A stretch of 64,000 nucleotides of DNA from an uncultured Methanosarcinales archaeon. Lineage in GTDB: Archaea > Nanobdellota > Nanobdellia > Woesearchaeales > JAGVZT01. The stretch's first letter is position 1; each line of letters opens with the position of its first letter. The notes beneath the pieces are model-generated. The model did no database searches, was not told the origin of the DNA, and saw only the letters and a program-made list of their open reading frames with translations. The stretch covers positions 6,720 to 70,719 of the forward strand of contig CAYUHF010000007.1 of the NCBI GenBank assembly GCA_964444505.1, written 5' to 3'. The translations under genes were made by a program, and so were the position numbers. Positions 11,178 to 19,843 of this stretch are shown here, one piece after another.

Positions 11178-11296
11178 AATATCTGGTTTTATCAGGGGGC
11201 TTAAATATTTTACTGAAGAGAGTATGACCTTAAACTAATTTAGTAGAATACTACTGCTTCCAGTTGGGAAAAATTGCATTTACTCAGCCTAAAGTT

Positions 11297-13120
11297 CTAA
11301 TAAAGATGAGGATATACCAGACTATTAATGTACTCCTCAATATTTGTATAACCATCACCGTCCCTATCCCCTGATGCGTCAAATGCATAATTAGGGTCCA
11401 AACCATGAGCAGTCTCCCATGTGTCAGGCATGCCGTCATTGTCTGTATCTACTGGGGGGGTGCCCGAACCAAGAGCAGGGTAACCGTAGGGGTTGTCTAT
11501 TATTCCGTCTCCATGGGTTGAGGTACCTGTTCTCACTTCCTGGACTATCCTCCTGTCAATTGCATCTCTACCTAAGCTTGCACCAGCCTTATCAAGGACT
11601 TCATCATATGCTGTGCTTGCATCAGTTGTTGTAACCTGTGCTACTGGCAGTGGCGAGCTTAATCGAGAAAGACCTCCATCCATTATCTGCCAGTCTGTTC
11701 TGGAGGATCCTTCCAATATATTTCCTGATGCATAGACTTCTGTTCTGCTGTTTCCCAAAAAAACATTATTCCTATTATTTGATGTTGCCGGACCGTTCTT
11801 AAAGTAGTTGTTCACAAAGTTAACATCAGGATATTCATCATCACCACTATACCCTGCCCTCATCCTCCAGTTGTATACAACATTGTTTCTGAAGTCAATA
11901 ATCGGACCTGGGTCATGATTGTCTTTTCCCGAAAACCTTGGATTCCTGCTCTTATGGTGAGCGTAAAGATTGTGATGGAAAGTAACTCCGTTTCCATCCA
12001 CCATGTCTCCAGCAAGAATAGAACCATATCCATGTTCGCCCTTATCATGACAATTATTATTAAGACTCTCAGTGATAAAAGTCCATTGAACTGTCACATC
12101 CTGTGTGTCATCTCCTGTAACAGAAAGAGTCTCATCTATGCTCCAGCTCGCGGAACAATGGTCAATTATGACATTTTGTGAGTTTTCCACTGACATGGAA
12201 TCATCTTCTTCATCAAATTGGCACTCCCAGTCACCAAGCCTGGTCCTGATGTATCTCACAACAATATCATGTGTGTCTTCAATCTCAAGAGATTGCTGTG
12301 CTAAAGTAATGCCCTCTCCGGGAGCTGTCTGGCCTGCTATTGTGAGATAAGGCTCATGTATTTTAAGTGAGTTAGTTAGATAAATTGTTCCGGCAACATC
12401 AAAGACACATATTCTAGGGCCACTGGCTTCAGTACATGCTCTAAGACTTCCTGGTCCTTCATTGTTCAGGTTTGTCACCTTAATTACTCTTCCGCCTCTG
12501 CCACCCTTGGAATATGCTCCAAACCCTTCTGCTCCGGGAAAGGCTGGAATCTGGTTTGCATCGGGTATATGGGGACTTGCCGGATCATGAACTGGATAAT
12601 CTGGCGGTTGATACTGCTGATTCGTCTGGATTATGTCAAGCACTTCAAAATATGGTATGAATAATGAACCATTCTGAACTCCCTCAAGCCCAAAATCAAT
12701 CATATCCTCTTCAAAGCATGCAAAGTATGGTTCTTGTAGCCGTAGATGCTCAATTTTATGGGCTTCAATAAATGTTTCATCATAGAAAAAAATGTTTTTT
12801 GTGTCCATTGCATTTTTCAAGTACGGGTAATTGTCAATTGCGGGATTGTTTCTGATCTCGGCTCTTTTTGAGTGGTCGAGTATGCAAATCTTGCTCACCT
12901 TGTCCGGAAGTTTCATCTGGAACCTTTTTCTTGCAGCATAATCTACCTTTAGAATGTCAACTCTTTCCTGAAACTCTTTCACAAATTTTATAATTTGTAC
13001 CTGGGAAGATGTATCTCCGGCACTGCTGAGAACTTTATAGCCAAAAACAACTACCATACCTATGATAATTATTGAGAGCATGAATACTATGACTGTTGAA
13101 TTGATTTGGCCAGATTTCAT
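11297..13120 (-). CDS. pectate lyase (PL1-like, right-handed beta-helix) with pilin-like signal peptide and C-terminal Ca-binding Asp-rich repeats
   Basis: PL1 signature GGRGGRVIKVTNLNNEGPGSLR..PRICVFDVAGTIYL..YLTIAGQTAPGEGI. The N-terminus is MKSGQ plus a hydrophobic stretch. The C-terminus has DTDNDGMPD/DGDGYTN repeats. Confidence 0.75.
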   Translation of the reverse strand: MKSGQINSTVIVFMLSIIIIGMVVVFGYKVLSSAGDTSSQVQIIKFVKEFQERVDILKVDYAARKRFQMKLPDKVSKICILDHSKRAEIRNNPAIDNYPYLKNAMDTKNIFFYDETFIEAHKIEHLRLQEPYFACFEEDMIDFGLEGVQNGSLFIPYFEVLDIIQTNQQYQPPDYPVHDPASPHIPDANQIPAFPGAEGFGAYSKGGRGGRVIKVTNLNNEGPGSLRACTEASGPRICVFDVAGTIYLTNSLKIHEPYLTIAGQTAPGEGITLAQQSLEIEDTHDIVVRYIRTRLGDWECQFDEEDDSMSVENSQNVIIDHCSASWSIDETLSVTGDDTQDVTVQWTFITESLNNNCHDKGEHGYGSILAGDMVDGNGVTFHHNLYAHHKSRNPRFSGKDNHDPGPIIDFRNNVVYNWRMRAGYSGDDEYPDVNFVNNYFKNGPATSNNRNNVFLGNSRTEVYASGNILEGSSRTDWQIMDGGLSRLSSPLPVAQVTTTDASTAYDEVLDKAGASLGRDAIDRRIVQEVRTGTSTHGDGIIDNPYGYPALGSGTPPVDTDNDGMPDTWETAHGLDPNYAFDASGDRDGDGYTNIEEYINSLVYPHLY

Positions 13121-14580
13121 CAGCTAATTTCAAAGCCATTTGCTTCTTTGATTATTGTTTTTGCAAACTCCATTTTTTCAGCGCTTTCTGCATAGACTGT
13201 ATAAATCAATTCTCCAGTTTCTACATTGTCCCCTTTGTGCTTTTCAAGGTAAATTCCTGCACCCTTATCAATGGGAGCTCCTGCTACTCTTGCAATTTTT
13301 GCTATTATCTTGTTATTGATATGAGATACTTTTCCCTTTTTTTCAGACTTTACTTCAAAGGTTTGTTCACCCAGGACAATTTTTGTTTCTGGATCACCAC
13401 TCTGTGCTTTAATTATTTCACACATTTTTTTATAGGCCTCTCCTGATGTTAGAATTTCTCTTGCCTTTTTTATGCTCCCGATAACACTTCCTGCAAGCAT
13501 TATTGACTTTTGTTCAAGGTCTTTTGGAGCTTTTTCATCCTGTTTTAGAACCCAGAGCACATCTCTTGCTTCAAGAGCTGGGCCAATCCCGTTACCTATC
13601 GGCTCAGATCCATCTGTTATAAGAACCTTCATTCTCATTCCAAGGGCTTTGCCGATTTTTTCAAACTTTTTTTTGTATTTTTTTGCGGTTCTCTTTTTCT
13701 CAATTTTTGCGTGTTTTCCACATGGAATATCAATTAATACATCTGTTGCATTGACTGCATGTTTTTTTGCAAGTACACTCGCAAGTACCATCCCCGGTGG
13801 GTCAAGACTAAGAGGATGTCTGAGTTTTATCAGTTTATCATCAGCTGATGCTAGTCCAAATGCACCACCCCATACAATACAGCCATTGGTTTCATTTACA
13901 ATCTGTTTCATCCTGTCAACTTCGATTGAAACATCTGCAAGTACTTCCATTGTATCGGCTGTTCCTGCAGGGCTTGTTATCGACCTTGATGATGTTTTTG
14001 GAATCTTCATTCCTGCTGCTGCAATTATGGGAACTATTACCATGGTCGTCCTGTTTCCGGGAACTCCCCCGACACAATGCTTATCCACTACTTTTTCTGC
14101 ATCTAGTTCCAGTTGTTTTCCGTTTTTTACCATGGCTTTGGTAAGATAAACTGTTTCATTATGAGTTAAGCCATTTAGATAGCAGCCTGAAACAAAGTAT
14201 GTCATCTCAACTCTACTCAATCTGTTTTCAACAACATCCTTTATTATCTCGTTGAATTCTTCTTCTGATAATTTTTGTCCTTTGAGTTTCTTTTTAATAT
14301 AATGTACTGAATCAGGTAAGCTCTCAAGAGAGATTTTGACTTCCTGGTCTCTTACTGCTCCCAGACACTCTAGTGCTTCTTCCATGAGTCCAATACTTCC
14401 TTCGGGCACTAGTCTCTGTGATTCAGCAATATCAATTATAGCAATAATATCACATGTTTCGGTTCTTATCTTTATTCTGTCTTCAAAATGCAAATCCATC
14501 TTCTGTGCATCTTTTTCATTTAGAATAGCAACTAGTGTGCTGCCTGTGGCAATATCAACATCTTTAACTTTCAGTTTCAT
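13120..14580 (-). CDS. deoA: AMP phosphorylase (thymidine phosphorylase family, archaeal long form)
   Basis: Pyrimidine-nucleoside phosphorylase motifs (GGVPGNRTT, SSRSITSPAGTADTMEV) plus the archaeal N-terminal extension; 486 aa. Confidence 0.8.
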   Translation of the reverse strand: MKLKVKDVDIATGSTLVAILNEKDAQKMDLHFEDRIKIRTETCDIIAIIDIAESQRLVPEGSIGLMEEALECLGAVRDQEVKISLESLPDSVHYIKKKLKGQKLSEEEFNEIIKDVVENRLSRVEMTYFVSGCYLNGLTHNETVYLTKAMVKNGKQLELDAEKVVDKHCVGGVPGNRTTMVIVPIIAAAGMKIPKTSSRSITSPAGTADTMEVLADVSIEVDRMKQIVNETNGCIVWGGAFGLASADDKLIKLRHPLSLDPPGMVLASVLAKKHAVNATDVLIDIPCGKHAKIEKKRTAKKYKKKFEKIGKALGMRMKVLITDGSEPIGNGIGPALEARDVLWVLKQDEKAPKDLEQKSIMLAGSVIGSIKKAREILTSGEAYKKMCEIIKAQSGDPETKIVLGEQTFEVKSEKKGKVSHINNKIIAKIARVAGAPIDKGAGIYLEKHKGDNVETGELIYTVYAESAEKMEFAKTIIKEANGFEIS

Positions 14581-15631
14581 TCTTTTCCTCCAAGTAAATC
14601 TCTATAAGTGTTAGTGTGAATGCTAATATTAGAGGACCCAGCACTAGACCTGGAATTCCAAGAAGCGCCACACCTCCAAACATTCCAAGAAGAATAATTG
14701 CTGGATTTACCTTTGATCTGTCACCAACTAATTTTGGTTTGATTATATTGTCAATAGTGCTTATTACAAAGAATCCGTATAGAAAAAGTCCAATTCCCAG
14801 ACCTGTTGTTTTGGGGCTGTTTGTACCTACACCTTCTAATGCTTTTAATATTGAAACAGGTGCCCATACAAAAGGAGAACCGACAAATGGTATAAGGGAC
14901 GCAACTGTTAAAGCAAGTCCAATTATTAGCGGACTCTGTATACCAAATATGTACATACCAATAATTCCAACAAGTCCCTGGACTAATCCAGTTATCACCT
15001 GACCATAGACTACTGCATATGTAACATCGTTGAGCTTCTTGAATAGTTCATTCTTATGTTTGACTTTCAAAGGTATTATATGTTTTAGTTTTCTTAAAAG
15101 AGACTTGCCATCTCTGAGTGAGTAGAAAAGAACAAGTACCATTATGAATAACTCAAGTAACAGTTTTGGTATTGCAGTTACTAGTGAAGGTATCCTATTC
15201 CAGAGAGTGTTTTCAAGCAAATCAAGCACATAATCCCTAAAGTATGTAAATGATGGATCAGACCATAATTCCTGATACATTGAGTTCAACTGACAAGCAA
15301 GCCCTGAATTGTTTTCACATAGGGATCCCACTATGTTACCTGTCATTATTCTTTGTTTTGTCACTACGTATGCGACTCTGGCCTGATAGCCTAGCTGCTG
15401 TATTAGAAACAAAACCGGAACAAATATTACGAGGATTGCAACTATTGTCACTATCACTGATACTGTTGATTTGTTTTTGATTTTTTTGTTGATAAAGTTG
15501 AAGAGTGGATGGAAAATTAGAGCAAGTACCAGGCCCGACAGCACTGCTGCAAAAAATGGTCTTATTACAAAAAATGACAGAATTAGGCACAATATCAGAA
15601 TATACACAAATTTTTCACTTGTATCCGCCAT
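14564..15631 (-). CDS. AI-2E family transporter (PerM/UPF0118)
   Basis: Eight-TM topology and AI-2E-like conserved C-terminal half. Confidence 0.75.
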   Translation of the reverse strand: MADTSEKFVYILILCLILSFFVIRPFFAAVLSGLVLALIFHPLFNFINKKIKNKSTVSVIVTIVAILVIFVPVLFLIQQLGYQARVAYVVTKQRIMTGNIVGSLCENNSGLACQLNSMYQELWSDPSFTYFRDYVLDLLENTLWNRIPSLVTAIPKLLLELFIMVLVLFYSLRDGKSLLRKLKHIIPLKVKHKNELFKKLNDVTYAVVYGQVITGLVQGLVGIIGMYIFGIQSPLIIGLALTVASLIPFVGSPFVWAPVSILKALEGVGTNSPKTTGLGIGLFLYGFFVISTIDNIIKPKLVGDRSKVNPAIILLGMFGGVALLGIPGLVLGPLILAFTLTLIEIYLEEKNETES

Positions 15632-15632
15632 C

Positions 15633-16517
15633 TTAGTTCAGATATAGTCTGTAGTTCATATGTGTGCTTGGCTTTTTGAAGATGTTCATAGCCATGGTGT
15701 CAAAAAATGTCGGGGGGTCACGGTACTCAACTTTGTTGACTGAATCTAAACCAGTCAAGTTCTTTATCATATCGACCGCTTGTTCTTCTCCTCCAATCAT
15801 GTCAACAAGTCCAAGCTCCTGTGATTCAAGACCAAAATAGAAAAGTCCTGATGATACTTCATCTTTCTGATCTGAAGTAAGTTCCCTGCTCTTGACAACA
15901 TCATCTAAGAATACTGCATGAGCCTTGTCCAGCTTTTCTTCTAGTATTTGTCTTTCTTCAGGTGTGAGTTCTTTTAGTGGAGTTCCAATATCTTTCTTGT
16001 CTCCTGCTACAAGTCTCTGATATGTGACGTTGTAGTCGTCCATAAGTCCTGAGAATTCAAGATAGGATGATATTACACCAATGCTTCCTGTGACACTTAG
16101 TTCATTTGCAACAATACCGTCACATGCAGATGCAGCCCAGTAGGCTCCGCTTGCTCCTGCTTCTCTTATCCATGCAACAGAAGGCTTCTCCATATTTTTT
16201 ATAGCTTGAACAATCTCGCTTGAAGCTACTGCTCCTCCACCTCCACTGTTGATTTCAAAAATTACTCCCTTAACAGAAGGATTGTTTTCTGCTTTTTCTA
16301 TTCTCTCAATTATTTTTGTTGATGATGCAACTCCAGAAGAAAAAAAATCAGTTGATGCATCTGTTGTAATCATTCCCTTTATTGGAATATATGCAATATT
16401 TCCTCCAACTACCTGCTCTCCGCTGACAAGCATATACATGCTAACCAAAATAAGCGATAGAAACAATACAATAGCTGCAGAAATACCTACAATTATCCAG
16501 GTAGACCTCTTTTTCAT
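15633..16517 (-). CDS. sppA: signal peptide peptidase SppA (S49)
   Basis: N-terminal TM anchor and S49-family core (GGGGAVASSE..SGAYWAA). Confidence 0.8.
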   Translation of the reverse strand: MKKRSTWIIVGISAAIVLFLSLILVSMYMLVSGEQVVGGNIAYIPIKGMITTDASTDFFSSGVASSTKIIERIEKAENNPSVKGVIFEINSGGGGAVASSEIVQAIKNMEKPSVAWIREAGASGAYWAASACDGIVANELSVTGSIGVISSYLEFSGLMDDYNVTYQRLVAGDKKDIGTPLKELTPEERQILEEKLDKAHAVFLDDVVKSRELTSDQKDEVSSGLFYFGLESQELGLVDMIGGEEQAVDMIKNLTGLDSVNKVEYRDPPTFFDTMAMNIFKKPSTHMNYRLYLN

Positions 16518-16570
16518 AACCTAAGAATAAAAAAGTACAATTTATAAATGTTTTTGTATCGGTGTGTTAT

Positions 16571-17218
16571 ATGCTGTATATTGTTGCAACTCCTATTGGA
16601 AATCTTGAAGACATTTCTCTTAGGGGGAAGAGAATTCTATCAGATGTTGATTTAATACTTGCTGAAGACACAAGAAGGGCAGGCAGGCTCCTTTCGCATT
16701 TTGAAATCAAAAACAAGTTGAAGAGTTACAATGATTACAACAAAGAGAAGATTACTCCTGAGTTGGTGAAGTATTTAAAACATAATGATGCTGCTCTTGT
16801 TAGTGATGCCGGCACCCCAGGTATTTCTGATCCAGGGTTTTACCTTGTGAGAGAATGCATAAAGGAGGATATACCTGTTGTTCCTGTTCCAGGCCCAAGT
16901 GCAATAATTACTGCTCTTTGTGCCTCTGGTCTTCCTACTGACAAATTTAGTTTTCATGGTTTTCTTCCAAAAAGTAAAAAGAAAGTAACTGATTTTTTGG
17001 AATTTGTAAAGAACAGGGATGAGACGATTGTAGTATATGAAAGTCCATACAGGGTTGAGAAAACCTTAAAGACAATGAGTGAAGTGATTCCACAGCATGA
17101 TGTGGTTGTTGCAAGAGAGCTTACCAAAAAGTTTGAGGAGTTCATCCGGGGAAAACCCTCTGAGATTCTTGAAAAGATTGTTCTCAAGGGTGAGTTTGTG
17201 ATTTTGTTTCACAAATAG
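16571..17218 (+). CDS. rsmI: RsmI-like tetrapyrrole-methylase-fold RNA 2'-O-methyltransferase (short form)
   Basis: Matches the RsmI signature LYIVATPIGNLEDISLR..DLILAEDTRRAGRLL..ALVSDAGTPGISDPG. The start is taken at MLYIV. Confidence 0.7.
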   Translation: MLYIVATPIGNLEDISLRGKRILSDVDLILAEDTRRAGRLLSHFEIKNKLKSYNDYNKEKITPELVKYLKHNDAALVSDAGTPGISDPGFYLVRECIKEDIPVVPVPGPSAIITALCASGLPTDKFSFHGFLPKSKKKVTDFLEFVKNRDETIVVYESPYRVEKTLKTMSEVIPQHDVVVARELTKKFEEFIRGKPSEILEKIVLKGEFVILFHK

Positions 17219-17352
17219 ATTTGGTTTAAGAACTAATGGAGTGCATGAGGTTGCAATTTACAAGCGTGTAAATCATTGCCCCTGGCCACAGCATAAATTC
17301 TGTGCCAAGTGTGAGAAAATATCAGATAAATTATTTTCAAGCAAGTTCAGAA

Positions 17353-17508
17353 CTATTCTTTCTTTTTGTACTCTGTGTACTGGCACTTGCCGCAGACGTA
17401 CCTGTTTTTGTGTTCTGCCATCAGAGTTCCCTGGCCGCACTTTGGACAGGACCTGTTTTTTCGCTTTATGTCGTCTTTGTCTTTGTCGTATCTTTCCCAG
17501 ATTTTCAT
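17353..17508 (-). CDS. rps27ae: 30S ribosomal protein S27ae
   Basis: Hand translation gives a 51-aa zinc-ribbon protein, MKIWERYDKDKDDIKRKNRSCPKCGQGTLMAEHKNRYVCGKCQYTEYKKKE. It is below the ORF-track length cutoff. Its start codon abuts the S24e stop codon. Confidence 0.8.
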   Translation of the reverse strand: MKIWERYDKDKDDIKRKNRSCPKCGQGTLMAEHKNRYVCGKCQYTEYKKKE

Positions 17509-17777
17509 TTTTCGTGTCTTTTTGTCAAATAATTTGGAACCTGTTTCATGCTTTCCTTGTTCTTATATGAATATGCTTCAATCATTGCCTTCCTGAAGCC
17601 AAAATCAGTTGATATTCTTTTGACTATTACAAGCTCTTCTTTTGTGTCAAGCTTTTCTGCCAACATCTTTCTTACTGTTGCTCTGCTTGGTGTCTCTGCT
17701 TCAAATGTTAATTCTCCCAGCACCACTTTTCTTGATAATAGCGGCTGGTCTTTTTCGTCTGTTACTTTTAATTCCAT
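17505..17777 (-). CDS. rps24e: 30S ribosomal protein S24e
   Basis: The S24e-like sequence begins MELKVTDEKDQPLLSRK..TPSRATVRKMLAEKL. Confidence 0.85.
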   Translation of the reverse strand: MELKVTDEKDQPLLSRKVVLGELTFEAETPSRATVRKMLAEKLDTKEELVIVKRISTDFGFRKAMIEAYSYKNKESMKQVPNYLTKRHEK

Positions 17778-17778
17778 T

Positions 17779-17970
17779 TTAAATCCTCAATGCATACTCT
17801 CCTTTTACATCAGTATCTATTTTTTCTGCGATTTTTGATTTTTTTGCGTCAACAATGTAAATTCTTCCTTTCCAGGAAGTCTCAAAATCTTCTCCTTTAC
17901 AAATAGGGCATTTATCCCCTTTTACAAAATATTTGCATTTTTTACAGACTTTTTTACTCATCTTCCTCAA
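17779..17970 (-). CDS. spt4: transcription elongation factor Spt4 (RpoE'')
   Basis: 63 aa with a CxxC..CxxC zinc ribbon and a KGEYAL motif. It sits in the canonical position after rpoE. Confidence 0.8.
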   Translation of the reverse strand: MRKMSKKVCKKCKYFVKGDKCPICKGEDFETSWKGRIYIVDAKKSKIAEKIDTDVKGEYALRI

Positions 17971-18487
17971 CCCAGTCTAATCTTCCGAGTCCCTGCTGTC
18001 TCATTGTAAGACCAATTTTTGGATTTGTAACATCCTTGTATGAGACTGCTATAACTCTTGCCCGGCACTTATCACCAACTTTTAGTGATTTGTTTGTCTC
18101 CTTTCCCTGGAGTGACTTGTCCTTTGAAAAAGAGACAAAATCATCCATTGTCTGCGAGATGTGTACCATTCCTTCTATAGGGCCGATGTTAAGAAATGCT
18201 CCAAAATCAGCAATATCTTTGATCTTGCCCAGAACAACTTCGTGAAGTTCTGGTTTGAATGTGATTATCTCAAAATCAGTCTTAAAGTATGCTGCCCCAT
18301 CACCTGGAACAATTACTCCTTCGCCAATTTCAATCACTTTTGAAACATCAATAACAATCCCAAGGTCTTTTGAGATGTGTCCTTCATAATCCTGTTTTAC
18401 TTGCTTGAGTACTGCCTTTTCAACGTTTTCCCCAAAAAGGTTTGGCGGTACTCTGACATGGTCATTTATTTGTGTCCTATAGAACAT
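17954..18487 (-). CDS. rpoE: DNA-directed RNA polymerase subunit E' (Rpo7)
   Basis: Rpb7-like N-terminus plus an S1 domain. Confidence 0.85.
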   Translation of the reverse strand: MFYRTQINDHVRVPPNLFGENVEKAVLKQVKQDYEGHISKDLGIVIDVSKVIEIGEGVIVPGDGAAYFKTDFEIITFKPELHEVVLGKIKDIADFGAFLNIGPIEGMVHISQTMDDFVSFSKDKSLQGKETNKSLKVGDKCRARVIAVSYKDVTNPKIGLTMRQQGLGRLDWVEEDE

Positions 18488-18530
18488 TTTGTAGTTGGTA
18501 GTTTTTAGTCATTTTTAAAGGTTTTGGATT

Positions 18531-18905
18531 TTAAGGTTTTGTCATTATCAAATACTGCTTTTTTCTCATTACAATGACAGGTATTCCTTTTTTCAGGAGC
18601 TTTTTTTTAAGTTCCCTGTCTTCTGTTGCAACTGCATAGTCTCCTTTGTACTTTAATATTGCCCTGTCTGCATAGTCATATTCTGATTTTTCTATCTTCA
18701 CCTTTTTGTTTTTTAATAGTGCCAGACCTACTTTTGCTGCCTGGCCGTCTTTTGAGTTTGACTGTGCAAGTTTTTCTAATTCTTTGTAGGATGGTTCAAG
18801 AATGATGATTTCATACTGGTCAAGCAATCTCCTGAATTCTGAGAATATGTCTATGTGGTGTTTTTCAGGTATTAACAGAAAATTTGTATCAAGTATTAGT
18901 TTCAT
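18531..18905 (-). CDS. PIN-domain protein (conserved neighbour of rpoE)
   Basis: MKLILDTNFL PIN motif with acidic residues. The start is taken at MKL; the ORF extends to 18980. Confidence 0.6.
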   Translation of the reverse strand: MKLILDTNFLLIPEKHHIDIFSEFRRLLDQYEIIILEPSYKELEKLAQSNSKDGQAAKVGLALLKNKKVKIEKSEYDYADRAILKYKGDYAVATEDRELKKKLLKKGIPVIVMRKKQYLIMTKP

Positions 18906-18940
18906 AGAATGAATAAGAAACAAGAATAATATAAATCTTG

Positions 18941-19507
18941 TTAATCCCAAAGACCTTCGTAGATTACCTTTTGTTCCCAAAGAATATCTCTATGGTTTCC
19001 ATCCAGCAGGTTTTCAAGATCTTTCTGCTCTGTTTCACTAAGATCAGATATTACAATCTCCTCTACCCTATCTCCCATTGTGTATGCTTCACTGAAATCT
19101 GGCAAATCATAATGCATAAGCACAAATTCAGCTTCATCTAAATTCTCCAGATACACTTTCTGAAGTTCTATGTCAGTTATTATTCTCCTTAAATCAGCTT
19201 GCGTCAACTCCTCGTTAATATCAACCCTGTTATCGTCAAAATACTCCTGGACTTCAGCTGTCCACAGAAAAATGGTTTCATCAAAGCATGCCATGTAACC
19301 GAATTCCCTTGCAGCACACTCTGCACTGCAACCATAACTTTCTGCTACTGCATGGACTGCCATGTTATAAGTCTCATTCAGATCTCTAACCTGATTGCCA
19401 AAAATCATTGCTGACCTTATTCTGTCTCTTTTCCTTGGCTGCATCCTATGTGAAGAAACTACTGGATTTTCAGGAAGGTCATATTGCTCTGTAATATCAT
19501 TCATCAT
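18941..19507 (-). CDS. hypothetical acidic protein
   Basis: 188-aa ORF with no motif recognised. Confidence 0.4.
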   Translation of the reverse strand: MMNDITEQYDLPENPVVSSHRMQPRKRDRIRSAMIFGNQVRDLNETYNMAVHAVAESYGCSAECAAREFGYMACFDETIFLWTAEVQEYFDDNRVDINEELTQADLRRIITDIELQKVYLENLDEAEFVLMHYDLPDFSEAYTMGDRVEEIVISDLSETEQKDLENLLDGNHRDILWEQKVIYEGLWD

Positions 19508-19575
19508 ATCTCACCATGATATACTTAAAAATAACCAGAATAAATATTTTTCGTAGTTTTGGCCAAATAAAGTAA

Positions 19576-19643
19576 ATCCGCTGTGGAGGCTGATCCCCAC
19601 AGTAAACTGTGGGGTATTTACGCCTCCAGTTTTGAAAGCGGAT
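19576..19643. ncRNA. candidate structured RNA: nested three-tier hairpin
   Basis: ATCCGCT/AGCGGAT, TGGAGGC/GCCTCCA and CCCCACAG/CTGTGGGG form nested stems with a TAAA loop, inside a 337-bp intergenic gap. Confidence 0.3.
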
Positions 19644-19843
19644 AATTGAAAATTGAACATTTTCAAGTGCCATAAATCTTCCATGTCTGAGCATTACGGA
19701 ACTTGTAAATGGCATTTGCTGTTGACACAATGAACATTTTGTTTAATTAAAACCTCGCCCCAAAGGGTCGGTTTTCATCAACCCAGCTGAAAATCTGAAG
19801 CAAGATGTTCAAATAATTATAGAAATTCTTGGTTTGAGAATAT

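Noticed and set aside
17241-17596. Three overlapping + strand ORFs (17241..17570, 17302..17532, 17366..17596)
   Set aside because: They are antisense to the hand-identified S27ae gene and to the start of S24e. The sequences are Cys/Phe-rich and lack signals.
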